Shown piece after piece: positions 20,016-30,794 of a stretch of DNA of 55,596 nucleotides. Numbering within the stretch: position 1 is the stretch's first letter; each line of letters starts with the position of its first letter. The stretch is from Myxococcota bacterium (GTDB lineage: Bacteria; Myxococcota; XYA12-FULL-58-9; JALHOP01). The position numbers and the translations under genes are program-made. Under the pieces are notes generated by a model. It made no database searches and was not told the DNA's origin. It saw nothing but the letters and a program-made list of their open reading frames with translations. Location: NCBI GenBank assembly GCA_041288095.1, contig JBGGMJ010000053.1, positions 1 to 55,596 on the forward strand, in the 5' to 3' direction.

Positions 20016-23000
20016 ATGACTGCAGCCGTCGACCTACAGTCGCACTTGACGCGTCTGGCCGAAGAACCGTCGGATCCGGAGGCCCTCGCGGCTATCGAGG
20101 CGGGCTTCTCCGCTGAAGGCCGCTGGGAAGAGCTCCTCCGCATCTACGAAGACAGTGCGCATCGCCTGCATGGCGCGGCCGCGGCCGAGCTTCTGCGTAA
20201 AGCCGCGACCGTCAGCCTGCGCGAGCTCATCAGCGCACCGCGCGCCGAGGCGTACTTGCAGCGCGCGATCGCCGCGCATCCGACTGACCTCGAGGCGCTG
20301 CGCGAGCTGCGCACCATCTATCTTGCGCAAGGTGACTACGAGCGTGGCACCGAGATCTACGAGCGTGAGCTCACGGAGGTCTCAGACACGAGTGAGCGCG
20401 GCAAGGGGCTGCTCGCACTCGCCCAGATCTACATCGAAAGCCTCGGCCGTATCGAAAAGGCCCTTACGGCGCTCCGCCAGGCGCAACGCATCGCCAAGGA
20501 CAACCCCGAGATCTTCAAGCTCGCGGCCCACATCTACGAGGTGCAAGGGAAGGGTGAGCAAGCGCTCCAGGCCCTGGTCGACGAGCTCGCCATCAGCGGT
20601 GGCAAGACCGACGTGGTCGACCGCCTGGCGCTCTTGTGCGAGCGCTTGCTCGACCGCGCCAAGCTCCACATCGAGCTGCGGGCGGCCCTGGGCGAGGCGC
20701 TCGACGCGCGCAAGGACGACGAGGGTGCAAAGCGCGTCATCACCGAGCTCGACGACATCAAAGCCAACTGGGAAGCGCGCGCGCAGATGCACGAGCAGCG
20801 TGCCCAAGAGATTGGTCTCACCGACAAGGCCGCTGCGGCGGACGTGTGGCTATCGGTCGCCGAGCTGCAGCTGGTCTACGGCAACGAACACGATGCGGCG
20901 CTCGCGTCGATCGACAAGGCGCTCGCCGGCAAGGCCGGCCACCCACTGGCTCTGAAGCTCCTCGAGGAAGTCTACGGGTCGCAAGACCGTTATGACGACC
21001 TCGCGCTCAAGCTCGAGATGATGGCGGCGTACGCGCGCGACCCGCATCTCGGCGTCGAGCTCTACTTGAAGGCCGCGATGCACCACTCGGTGCGCCTCGA
21101 CAGCCCCGAGACCAGCGCCCGCATCTACGAGCGCGTCTTGCAGCTCGACCCCGGCAACAAGGTCGCGAGCAACGCCTTGGTCGAGTACTACCGCGAGCGC
21201 AAGAACTGGGACCGCGCCGTCCACATCCTCGAGAGCTGGAGCGAGCGCGCCGCGACCACCGAAGATCGCGTCGCCGCTCATTACAACCTGGCGCGCATCT
21301 TCGAGGACGAGCTCAACGACAAGCAGAAGGCGAGGCCGCAGTACGAAGCAGTGTTGGCGCTCGACCCGGAGAACCAGGCCGCGGCCCGCGCGCTCGAGCA
21401 GGTCTACCGCGCCGCCGGTGACCACGCGGCGCTCGCCCGCGCGTTGAAAGCCAAGCTCGCCGGCTTGCAAGGCGAAGCGCGCCTACCGGTCGTCACCGAG
21501 CTCGGTGAGCTCTACGCCGGTCCCCTGTCCGCTCCCGCGGACGCACTCGAGGCCTTGGGTGAGGTCTATCAGGCCAAGCCCACCGCCGACATGCGCGAGC
21601 GTCTCGAAGAGCTCGCCGCGATGTCGACATCGTTCGCGGCCTTGGTGCAGATCCTCGAAGACGCGCTCGAGCGCATCGAGACCGACAAAGACAAGGTTGA
21701 CGCCCTGCATTCGCTCGCGGCGCTCTACGAGGGGGCCCGTGACGCTCCGCTCGAGGCGCTGCGTATCCACCGCCGCATCCTCGTCCTCGACGACAAAGAC
21801 GAGCGTGCTCGCCCGGCGCTCGATCGCCTGCTGCATCAGGTCGCCGAGAGCACCGACAAGATCGCCTTCTTCCGCGAGCAGGTCGAGCACGCGGTCGACG
21901 ATGCCGAGCGCATTCGCATCCTGAAGAAGCTCGCCAAGGAGCTGGTCGAGAGCGCCAAGGACTACGCCCGCGCGCTCGACATCTACCGCGAGATCTTGAA
22001 GCTCGAGCCCAACGATCGCGAAGCGGCCGAGGGCGTCCTGGCGATGTACCGGCGCGACAACCGCTGGGCCGAGCTCGCCGAGGCCCTCACCTACAAGCTC
22101 GAGCACGACAGCAAGTCGCCCGACCGCGTCGGCATCCAGCTCGAGCTCGCGCGCACACTCGAACAACACTTGGCTCAGCTCGACCGTGCCGGTGACTGCT
22201 ATTGCGAAGTGCTTCGCGAGGTCCCCACCAACGCCGACGCCATCGCCGGTGCCGAGCGCCTCATCGGCCGCGTCCGCCACCCGCTGCGCATGGCCGAGGC
22301 CCTCCAACCCTACTACGTGCAGAGCGGCGCCTGGCGGGAGGCCGCCGAGATGATCGAGATCCGAGCCCGCGAGTCCGACGACGAAGCCGGTCGAGCGGAT
22401 CTATTGCGATCGCTCGCGATCATCTACGAGCAGCGCCTCAAGCGTGACGAAGAGGCTCTGGGAGCCCTTTTACGTGCTTTCCAGGCCGATCCAAACGATG
22501 CCGGTCTCCAGGTCGAGCTCGAACGCGTAGCTCAGAAGGCCAACGACTACGAGGGCGTGGTGCGGGTATACCGGGCCGCCGCCGAGGCCGGGACCGACGA
22601 TGCGAAACGCCGCTTGCTCTTGCGTGCTGCTGCCTTGGCGGAAAAAGGTAGCGACGGAATTGGTGCGACACGGGACTACCTCCGCGTCCTAACGCTTGCC
22701 GAGGCTGACAATGCCGGTACACTCGATGGGCTCGGTAGATTGCTTGCGGCAGGCCTCCCGGCCGATGAGCTCCGCGAGTCCGTCACGCTCGTTGCCTCGG
22801 ATTTGCCGCCACAACGTGCGCGTTTATTCTGGCGGACGCTCGCTCGGTTTTTCGGGATGGTGCAGGAACGTTGGGCTTCGGAACACATGCCGAAGTCGCA
22901 AGTTTCTCAGTTCGCAAAAGAGGCTTGGAAGAACGTGCTGAATATCGACAAGGACGACGCAGAAGCCCTCGAGCAGCTCGATAAGCTCATCGACTCCTCG

Positions 23001-26000
23001 GCGGATCCCACCGAGCTCGCGAACCACCTCCGCCAGAAGATCCAGAGGAGCGGCGACGAAGCCAGCCTCACGACCCACGGCGTCCAGCTGGCCGAGCTTC
23101 TGGCCAACCGCCTGAACGACGTCCCCACCGCCATCGCGGAGCTGCTGACCATCAGCGCCATCGCGCCGGGCAGTCGCCCCGTGTGGGCGAAGCTCGCCGA
23201 GCTGCAAGTTCGAGCCGGCCAGCCCAACGAAGCCGCTCACTCGATGCAGAGCGAGATCAACCTGCTCCCGGACGGCGAAGAGCGCCGCAACCGTCAGACC
23301 GCATACGCCGAGCTCGTCGGCAAGCAGCTGCAGGACATCGAAGGCGCCTTGCACTCGTTGCAGGGTGTGCTCGCCGCCGAGCCTGCCCACGTCAACGCCA
23401 CCACCTTGCTCGAGCAACTTCATGGCGACGCCGCCGGCGTGCCTGACGTGCGCGAGCGCATCGAGCGCATGTTGCTCGCGTCTTATTCGGTGTCCGGCAA
23501 GTGGCCGGAGTCGGCCAACATCCTGCGTTACGCCATCGACAACTCGCACGACGCCACCACGCGCGTGCAGCTCACCAAGGAGCTGGCGCAGATCCGCTCG
23601 CTGCGGCTCAACGACAACGCCGGCGCCTTCGACGACCTCGAGCGCGTCTTCCACGAAACGCCCAACGACGCCGAGCTGCGCGTCGAGCTCGAGCGCCTCG
23701 CCGACGCGGGGAGTCTCTGGGAACAGCTGGTTACCGCCTACAACGGGGCCTTGACCGCTATCACGGACGTCGAGCAGCAGAAGCCGCTTCGTCGCAAGCT
23801 CGCGCAGGTCCTCGACCAGAAGCTCGGCCGCCAGGCGGAAGCCATCGAGCACTACAAGGCCGCCACGGGCGGTCAGCTCCCCGACGACTTGCCATCGCTC
23901 GAAGCGCTCGAGCGACTCTACCGCACCAACAACGCTCCGGCGGATCTCGCCGAAGTGCTCGACGCCATCTACAAGAAGACGCCGCAGGAGAACGTCGCCA
24001 AGCGCAAGGCGCTGCTCCTCGAGGTCGCGACGCTCGCCGAAGGAGTCGGCGACAAGCCGCGCGCCCTCGACACGTACAAGCAGCTCATCGAGCTCGACCC
24101 GAAGAACATCGCGGCACTGCGGCAGCTCGACACCGTGCTCGGCGACCTCAATCAGCACGCCGAGCGCGCGGATATTCTCGCGAAGCTCGTCGATCTCAAT
24201 ACCGCGAATCCCAACCTCCTCGACGACTACCTCAAGCTCGCCACCGTGCAAATGCAGCTCGGCAAGCCCGAGGAAGCGCTCAAGCAGTACCGCTCGGTAC
24301 TCTTGAAAAAGCGCGACCATCAGGCGGCGATCAGTGGCCTCGAGGGGCTGCTCACGCAGGCGCCCAACAAGACCGAAATCGCGCAGGTGCTCGAGCCGAT
24401 CTACACGGCGAAGCAGGACCACGCGAAGCTCGCGTGGGTCCTCGAACAGCGTCTCGAAGGCACGACCGATCTCACGCAGCGCAAGGGGCTGCTCCGCCGC
24501 ATCGGCGACATCTACGAAAATCGCTTGCAGCAGAAGGACAAGGCCTTCGGCATGGCGCGGCGCTCGCTGGGTGAAGACCCGGCCGACATGGGCGTGCGCA
24601 TGTGGATCGAGAAGCTCGCCGGTGAGACCGGTGCCTTGAGTGCTTTGGCGGACGCGTACGTCGAGGAAGCCGAAAAAGCGGACGCGGCGCTCAAGCTGCA
24701 GTTCCACCGCCGTGCCGCCGCCATCTACCACGAGAAGCTCAACGACCACGGCGCCGCCGTCAACGAGTACCAGGCGATCCTGGGGCTCGAGCCTCGCGAC
24801 GAGAAGGCGCTCACCGGTCTCGAGGGGATCTTCCGCGCCACCGAGTCGTACAGCGACCTGGTCGAGCTCCTGCGCAAGCGTCTGGCGCTCACCGCCGGCA
24901 TCGAGCGCAAGCGCGAGTACATGAACGAGATCGCGACGCTCCAGAGCGACAAGCTCATGGACTTCGCCGCGGCCGTCGATACCTATCGTCAGATCCTCGA
25001 GGTCACGCCCGAGGACCAGGCGGCCGTCGGCAAAGTCGAATCGCTGCTCGGTCAGCTTTCGCGGTGGGAAGAGCTCAGCTCGTTCTACGAGCAGCAGATC
25101 AAACGCCTGGCCGAGAAGCGCGGCAAGGACGTTACCGCCCGCCGGCTCGATCTCACCTTCCGCAGAGGCCGCATCGCCGAGGAGCACTTCGGTGACCGCG
25201 AGAGCGCCGCCGAGATCTTCGGCACCATTCTGCAGGAAGACCCAGCGCACGCTCAGACCATCGGCTACCTCGAGGACCGCGCGAAGGGTGGCGGCTTCGA
25301 GGCGATGTCGCTGCTCGAGCGCGTCTACAAGGCGCAGGGCAAGTGGCGCGAATACGTCGAGCTCCTCGAGAAGAAGCTCGGGCAGGTCGAGGGTTACGAG
25401 CCGCGTCGGGAGATCTTCGTCGAGTTGGCGTCGACTTATGACCGCGAGCTCAACGCGGCCGACATGGCGTTCTTGGCGCTGACCCGCGCCTACAACGAAG
25501 ACCGCGCCAACATGGACGTGCTCGGGCTGCTCGAGAAGCAGGCCGAGAAGCACGGCAACTGGGACGAGCTCGTCGAAGTGGTCGGCGTCGACATCGACGC
25601 GCTACCCGACTTCACGACCCGCCAGGCCCTCTTGCGCAAGCTCGGCGACATCGTCGGCATCAAGCTGAACGACGTCGAGGGCGCGATGGTTTACCTGCAG
25701 CAGGCGCTGCAATACGACCCGGCCGACCGCGAGGCCATGGCGCAGCTCGACTCGCTGCTCGAGCGCCACCAGAAGTGGGCCGCTTTGGCGGACTTGCTGG
25801 AGCGCCGCGTCGAGCTCGCGACCGATCCGCGCATCAAGAGCCAGCTCCTCGAGCGCTTGGCCACCGTTTGGGGCGAGCGCCTTCACGACGCCGAAGCGGC
25901 GCTGCGTTGCCACAAGCAGATCCTCGAGATCGACCCCGACCACCCATTGACGCTCAAGTCGATGGAGAAGCTCTACCGCGAGCTTCAGGATTGGGACGCG

Positions 26001-29000
26001 CTCGCCAAGAACCTGCTGCGCCAGGTCGACGTCCTCAAAGACAAGGCCGATCAGATCCGCATTCATGCCGCCGCCGGTTCGCTCTTCGCCGAGGAGCTCG
26101 GCGACATGAACATGGCCATCGAGCACTGGCTGCAGGTGGCCGAGCTCGATCCGGCTCACGGCGAGGCCAACAAGGCGCTGGTGGTGCTGCTCACCTCCGA
26201 AGAGCGCTGGGACGAGCTCGCGACCGTCTACCGCAACCAGCTCGCGCATACCCGCGATATTTCCGCGAAAGCGGACATCAATCGCCGTCTCGGCGTCATC
26301 CTCGGCGAGAAGCTCGGGCGTAGCGAAGACGCGCTCGCTTCGTGGCTCGAGGTCCTGCAGACCGACCCGAAGAACATCGACGCGCTGCGAGCGTTGCTCG
26401 GTCTCTACACCGAGCGCGCCATGTGGGAGCAGTTCGTCGACTCGGCTCGCAAGCTCATCCCGCTGGTCTCTCCCGAAGAGGCGAAGGAAGTGCGCTTCCT
26501 CCTCGCCAAGGCGTTGGGCGAAAACCTCGGCAAGCGCGAGGAAGCCATCAAGCTGGCTCGCGAAGTGCGGGCCACGGAGCCTCACACCGCGGACTCGCTC
26601 GCCAAGCTCGCCGACATGCTCAAGAACATCGAGGCGTGGGACGAAGCCGTCATCGCTCTCGAGAAGTCGGCCGGCTTGACCGCCGAGCCCGGCCTCAAGG
26701 TTACGCGCTTCTACGAAGCGGCGCAGATTCACCGCGACCGTCTGAGCAAGCCCAACGACGCGCGCGGCGCCTACGAGGCCATCCGCGAGGTGCAGCCCGA
26801 CGACGAAGAGGCCTTCACTGCTTTGGCGCACATCTACCGCGACACCAACGAGTGGCGTCGCCTCGTCTTCTTGAACGAAGACTACGTGCCGCACGCCGGC
26901 GTCGCGTCGCGTCTCACCATCCTCACCGAGATCCGCGACGTCCAGGACGAGAAGCTGGGCGAAAAAGAGCTTGGTTTCATCGCCGCCTGCCGCGTCTACA
27001 AGGAGAACCCGCAGGACCTGCAAGCGGCCGAGGTGCTCGAGCGTATCGGTCTCGAGACCGGCGGCGCCGAGGAGCTCGCTGCCGTCCTCGAGGACGAGCT
27101 CGAGAACATCCACGACACGCAGGTGAAGGTCGCCTCGTTGCGCCGCCTCGCGCGACTCTTCGCCGAAGAGCTCAAGGACGTGCACCAGGCGGAGACCTCG
27201 CTCGGCAAGATCCTCGAGCTCGAGCCGGCCGACGTCGAAGCCATCGACATGATGGCGAGCCTCGGCGCCCGCGAAGAGCGCTTCGACAAACAGATCCAAG
27301 CTTTGGAGCGCAAGCTCTCGGCGGTCGGTGAAGACACGACCCGCAAGGCGATCCTCTTCGACATCGCGCGCATCTGGGAAGATCGGATCGGCGACGTCGA
27401 CGAGTCCATCGTCGCTTTGGGTCGCGTCCTCGAGATCGATGGCGCCGACGTCAACGCGCTGGACGCGCTGGCGCGCTTGTACGCAGGCGAGTCAAAATGG
27501 GGCGAGCTCGCGCACACGCTCACCCGCAAGGTGGAGCTCGCGCACGATCCGAAGCAGGGCGTTGACCTGCGTCTGCAAGTCGCGGCGCTCTGCGAAGGCG
27601 AGCTCGCGGACAACGAAGCGGCCATCGAGTGGTACCGCGGTGTGCTCGAGTTCGATCCGGGTAACGGCGTGGCGCTGGCGTCTCTCGAGCGCCAGTACAC
27701 CAGCCTCGAGCGCTGGAGCGAGCTCATCCAGATCTTCGAGGTGCAGATCGCGCAAGCGACGAGCAACGACGAGAAGATCCGCATCCTCGTGAAGGAAGCG
27801 CAGATCTACGAAGAGCACTTCGCGTCGCAGAAGGACGCGGCGGCGGCCTACGAGCGCGTGCTCGCCCTCGACGCGACGCAGATGGTCGCGGTCAAGCAGC
27901 TCGAGCGTCTCTCGCGTGTCTTGGCGGAGTGGCCGCGGCTCATCGAGCTGCTGCAGCATCACATCACGCTCATCCAGGACAAGGACGAGATCACCGAGCT
28001 CTACTTGCAGGTCGGTGACATCTACTATCGCGAGCTGACGCGCGTCGACAAAGCCGAGGAGGCCTACAACACGGCGCGCTCGTTCAACGAGAACAACGCC
28101 GCGGCGCTGCACTCGCTGGGTCAGCTCTACGAACGCTCGGGTAACTGGTTCCAGGCGCTCGAGATGCTGTCGCGCGAAGCCGAGGCGTTGGGCCCGGACC
28201 CCAAGGGTCTGCCGGTCCTCATGCGCGTCGGCAAGATCAACGAAGACATGCTGATGGACCTGGCGGCCGCCAAGACCGCCTATCATCGCGCTCTCGAGAT
28301 CGAGCCCAACTACGGCCCGGCGCTGCAGGCGATGAAGAACCTCGCCAAGCAGTCGGCGGATTGGGACACCTACGCCGAGCACGTCATCGCGGAGGCGGAG
28401 AGCACCGAGGACATCGAGGAAAAGACCGATCTCTTCTTCGAGGCGGCGCAGTTCTTCCAGAACATTCGCCAAGACGAGCAGTCGGCGATCCGCTTCTACA
28501 ACCGCGCTCTCGAGCTCACGCCGAAGCACCTCGAGACGGCAAAGTCGTTGGGCGAGATCTACTTCCGCAACGAGGATTGGCAGCGAGCCGACGAGCTCCA
28601 CCGCATCGTCGTCGAGCAGATCGACCGCGCCAAGGACTCGAAGGACTACTGCCAGAAGAACTACCGCCTGGCGTACATCAGCGAGAAGCTCGGTGACCGC
28701 GATCGCGCACTGAATTACTACCGCGTCGCCTTCGAGGCCGACGCCACATACCTGCCGGCCCTCGAAGGCCTGGGCCAGGCGCTGCTCTCGGCCGAGAGCT
28801 GGGAAGAAGGCCAAAAGGTCTTCCAGACCATCCTCATCCATCACCGCGACGCGCTCACCGAGAGCGAGGTCGTCGACGTCCAGTGGCAGCTCGGCGACAT
28901 CTCCATGAAGATGAACCAGCCCGACCGCGCCTATAAGCAGTTCGAGAAGGCGCTCGAGATCGATCCGGATCACGGACCGTCTCTGCGGGCTCTCGCCGGT

Positions 29001-30707
29001 CTCGACGAGATGATGGAGAACTGGAACGGCACCTACGACCGCCTGTCGCGGCTCGCGGATGCCCTCACCGGCCAAGAGCGCTCCGACGTGCTCATGCGCC
29101 TGTCCACCATCGCGCGCGATCACTTGGCTGACGGCTCGCGGTCGATCGAAGCACTCGAGCGTGCCCGCCGTAGCGGAGCGGCGTCGCTCGACGTTCTCGA
29201 GCGCTTGGCACAGCAGTACATGGAGACGCGTCAGTCGCCGCAAGCCGTCGAGGTGCTCACGCAAGCGGTCGGCATGGCCGGCGAGCCGAGGAAGCTCTCC
29301 GAGCTCAACTTCTTGCTCGCCACGGTGCTCGAGCGCGACGTCAAGGACGACAGCGGCGCGGTCAAGCACTACAACAAAGCGCTCGACGCGATGCCGACGA
29401 ACATCAAGGCGTTCGAGGCTATCGAGCGCATCCTCGCGGGCCAGCGCGCTTGGGACAAGCTCGAGGGCAACTACCGCGCGATGATCGGCCGCGCCAAAGA
29501 CCTCACACCGCAGGTGCGCATCGTCTTGTGGCGCAGCTTGGCCGAGCTCTACCGGCGCGTCTTGAAGCAGGTCGACAACGCCATCATGGCGTACGAGGTC
29601 ATCCGCAAGCTCGAGCCGGGCAAGATCACCGACACGCAGATCCTCGCGGACCTGTACGCGGAGAAGCCCGAGCAGCGTAAGAAGGCCATCGACATGATGC
29701 ACGAGCTCATCACCGAGCTCGACAATCCGGTGCAGCCGGTGAAGAAGCTGCGCCAGCTTTACCACGTCGGCCAGCAGTTCGATCAGGTGTACGCTTTAGC
29801 GTCCGCGCTGGTCTGCTTGAACGAGGCCGACGACGAGGAGAAGAAGGTCTTCACCTACTTGCAGCAGGGTATCCCGGCGCTCGCCACTCAGTCGCTCAAC
29901 GACGACCAGTGGCCGATGCTGTTGCACGGCGACCTGAACGGACCGGTAGGGCAGCTCGCCGCGACCATGTATCGCGCCGCGCCCGATTTCTGCACCGTCG
30001 CGGCGAAGGACCTTAACCTCAAGAAGAAGGACTTCGTCGACGTCCGCACCAACGAGCTCTACCTGGCGACGCGCATGCGCTACGTCGGCAAGCTCCTCAA
30101 CATCCAGGGCGTCGACCTCTACAAGAAGTCGGGCTCGATGGAGCCCTTGACGATCGTACCGGCGCAGCCACCCGCTTTGGCGGCCGGTGAAGCCAACGAC
30201 ATCTTCCGCGAGACCGATCAGCGCATGCTGCTCTTCCAGGTGGGCCGAAACATGGCCTGCGCGCGACCCGAGCTGTTCATGGGCCGTGTGCACCCGGGCG
30301 ACGAGCTGCGCGACGTCCTCTTCGGCCTGTGCCTCGTCTACAACCGCCAGCTCACGCACAGCGGCAACCCGCGCGAGGTGGATCGCTGGGCGCAGGTCTT
30401 CGAGCGCATGCCGCCGCAGGCACTCAAGCGGCTGCAAGAGCCGGCAAAGAACGCTTACCCACTCCTGGGCAAAGGCGACGCGCTCAAGGTCTACCAAGCA
30501 GCGGTGGAGACGACCGCGACGCGCGCGGGCCTCATCGCTTGCGGTGACCTCGCGGCGGCAATCCGCGGCATCACCAAGACCGGTGAGACCGGCGCAGGTT
30601 CGGTCAAACAGCGCATCAAGGATCTCGTGCTCTTCGCGGTGTCGCGCGAGTACTTCCAGCTGCGGCAAATGTCGGGCGGAGCGCTGGTGGTTGGGAAGGC
30701 CGGCTAG
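20016..30707 (+). CDS. gltI: Giant TPR-repeat gliding protein GltI/AgmK-like (3563 aa)
   Basis: 10.7-kb uninterrupted ORF of TPR-like repeats (ILELDP...AL..LE..Y...W..L) with a C-terminal RAGLIACGDL domain. Lies between gltH and gltJ as in the myxobacterial G1 cluster. Confidence 0.82.
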   Translation: MTAAVDLQSHLTRLAEEPSDPEALAAIEAGFSAEGRWEELLRIYEDSAHRLHGAAAAELLRKAATVSLRELISAPRAEAYLQRAIAAHPTDLEALRELRTIYLAQGDYERGTEIYERELTEVSDTSERGKGLLALAQIYIESLGRIEKALTALRQAQRIAKDNPEIFKLAAHIYEVQGKGEQALQALVDELAISGGKTDVVDRLALLCERLLDRAKLHIELRAALGEALDARKDDEGAKRVITELDDIKANWEARAQMHEQRAQEIGLTDKAAAADVWLSVAELQLVYGNEHDAALASIDKALAGKAGHPLALKLLEEVYGSQDRYDDLALKLEMMAAYARDPHLGVELYLKAAMHHSVRLDSPETSARIYERVLQLDPGNKVASNALVEYYRERKNWDRAVHILESWSERAATTEDRVAAHYNLARIFEDELNDKQKARPQYEAVLALDPENQAAARALEQVYRAAGDHAALARALKAKLAGLQGEARLPVVTELGELYAGPLSAPADALEALGEVYQAKPTADMRERLEELAAMSTSFAALVQILEDALERIETDKDKVDALHSLAALYEGARDAPLEALRIHRRILVLDDKDERARPALDRLLHQVAESTDKIAFFREQVEHAVDDAERIRILKKLAKELVESAKDYARALDIYREILKLEPNDREAAEGVLAMYRRDNRWAELAEALTYKLEHDSKSPDRVGIQLELARTLEQHLAQLDRAGDCYCEVLREVPTNADAIAGAERLIGRVRHPLRMAEALQPYYVQSGAWREAAEMIEIRARESDDEAGRADLLRSLAIIYEQRLKRDEEALGALLRAFQADPNDAGLQVELERVAQKANDYEGVVRVYRAAAEAGTDDAKRRLLLRAAALAEKGSDGIGATRDYLRVLTLAEADNAGTLDGLGRLLAAGLPADELRESVTLVASDLPPQRARLFWRTLARFFGMVQERWASEHMPKSQVSQFAKEAWKNVLNIDKDDAEALEQLDKLIDSSADPTELANHLRQKIQRSGDEASLTTHGVQLAELLANRLNDVPTAIAELLTISAIAPGSRPVWAKLAELQVRAGQPNEAAHSMQSEINLLPDGEERRNRQTAYAELVGKQLQDIEGALHSLQGVLAAEPAHVNATTLLEQLHGDAAGVPDVRERIERMLLASYSVSGKWPESANILRYAIDNSHDATTRVQLTKELAQIRSLRLNDNAGAFDDLERVFHETPNDAELRVELERLADAGSLWEQLVTAYNGALTAITDVEQQKPLRRKLAQVLDQKLGRQAEAIEHYKAATGGQLPDDLPSLEALERLYRTNNAPADLAEVLDAIYKKTPQENVAKRKALLLEVATLAEGVGDKPRALDTYKQLIELDPKNIAALRQLDTVLGDLNQHAERADILAKLVDLNTANPNLLDDYLKLATVQMQLGKPEEALKQYRSVLLKKRDHQAAISGLEGLLTQAPNKTEIAQVLEPIYTAKQDHAKLAWVLEQRLEGTTDLTQRKGLLRRIGDIYENRLQQKDKAFGMARRSLGEDPADMGVRMWIEKLAGETGALSALADAYVEEAEKADAALKLQFHRRAAAIYHEKLNDHGAAVNEYQAILGLEPRDEKALTGLEGIFRATESYSDLVELLRKRLALTAGIERKREYMNEIATLQSDKLMDFAAAVDTYRQILEVTPEDQAAVGKVESLLGQLSRWEELSSFYEQQIKRLAEKRGKDVTARRLDLTFRRGRIAEEHFGDRESAAEIFGTILQEDPAHAQTIGYLEDRAKGGGFEAMSLLERVYKAQGKWREYVELLEKKLGQVEGYEPRREIFVELASTYDRELNAADMAFLALTRAYNEDRANMDVLGLLEKQAEKHGNWDELVEVVGVDIDALPDFTTRQALLRKLGDIVGIKLNDVEGAMVYLQQALQYDPADREAMAQLDSLLERHQKWAALADLLERRVELATDPRIKSQLLERLATVWGERLHDAEAALRCHKQILEIDPDHPLTLKSMEKLYRELQDWDALAKNLLRQVDVLKDKADQIRIHAAAGSLFAEELGDMNMAIEHWLQVAELDPAHGEANKALVVLLTSEERWDELATVYRNQLAHTRDISAKADINRRLGVILGEKLGRSEDALASWLEVLQTDPKNIDALRALLGLYTERAMWEQFVDSARKLIPLVSPEEAKEVRFLLAKALGENLGKREEAIKLAREVRATEPHTADSLAKLADMLKNIEAWDEAVIALEKSAGLTAEPGLKVTRFYEAAQIHRDRLSKPNDARGAYEAIREVQPDDEEAFTALAHIYRDTNEWRRLVFLNEDYVPHAGVASRLTILTEIRDVQDEKLGEKELGFIAACRVYKENPQDLQAAEVLERIGLETGGAEELAAVLEDELENIHDTQVKVASLRRLARLFAEELKDVHQAETSLGKILELEPADVEAIDMMASLGAREERFDKQIQALERKLSAVGEDTTRKAILFDIARIWEDRIGDVDESIVALGRVLEIDGADVNALDALARLYAGESKWGELAHTLTRKVELAHDPKQGVDLRLQVAALCEGELADNEAAIEWYRGVLEFDPGNGVALASLERQYTSLERWSELIQIFEVQIAQATSNDEKIRILVKEAQIYEEHFASQKDAAAAYERVLALDATQMVAVKQLERLSRVLAEWPRLIELLQHHITLIQDKDEITELYLQVGDIYYRELTRVDKAEEAYNTARSFNENNAAALHSLGQLYERSGNWFQALEMLSREAEALGPDPKGLPVLMRVGKINEDMLMDLAAAKTAYHRALEIEPNYGPALQAMKNLAKQSADWDTYAEHVIAEAESTEDIEEKTDLFFEAAQFFQNIRQDEQSAIRFYNRALELTPKHLETAKSLGEIYFRNEDWQRADELHRIVVEQIDRAKDSKDYCQKNYRLAYISEKLGDRDRALNYYRVAFEADATYLPALEGLGQALLSAESWEEGQKVFQTILIHHRDALTESEVVDVQWQLGDISMKMNQPDRAYKQFEKALEIDPDHGPSLRALAGLDEMMENWNGTYDRLSRLADALTGQERSDVLMRLSTIARDHLADGSRSIEALERARRSGAASLDVLERLAQQYMETRQSPQAVEVLTQAVGMAGEPRKLSELNFLLATVLERDVKDDSGAVKHYNKALDAMPTNIKAFEAIERILAGQRAWDKLEGNYRAMIGRAKDLTPQVRIVLWRSLAELYRRVLKQVDNAIMAYEVIRKLEPGKITDTQILADLYAEKPEQRKKAIDMMHELITELDNPVQPVKKLRQLYHVGQQFDQVYALASALVCLNEADDEEKKVFTYLQQGIPALATQSLNDDQWPMLLHGDLNGPVGQLAATMYRAAPDFCTVAAKDLNLKKKDFVDVRTNELYLATRMRYVGKLLNIQGVDLYKKSGSMEPLTIVPAQPPALAAGEANDIFRETDQRMLLFQVGRNMACARPELFMGRVHPGDELRDVLFGLCLVYNRQLTHSGNPREVDRWAQVFERMPPQALKRLQEPAKNAYPLLGKGDALKVYQAAVETTATRAGLIACGDLAAAIRGITKTGETGAGSVKQRIKDLVLFAVSREYFQLRQMSGGALVVGKAG

Positions 30708-30794
30708 TCGTAATCGGCGAGCGGTCGTAAATTTCTGTTAACGGCCCCCCAACCCCGTTCCCCCCTGGGCCGTGCCTTGCTAGACCCACGCCCC

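Noticed and set aside
22824-29765. Very long antisense ORFs (909, 565 and 757 aa) opposite gltI, and similar ones opposite gltD/E, xdh and dnaK
   Set aside because: Expected shadow ORFs of high-GC3 coding sequence. They mirror the sense codons and carry no recognisable motifs.
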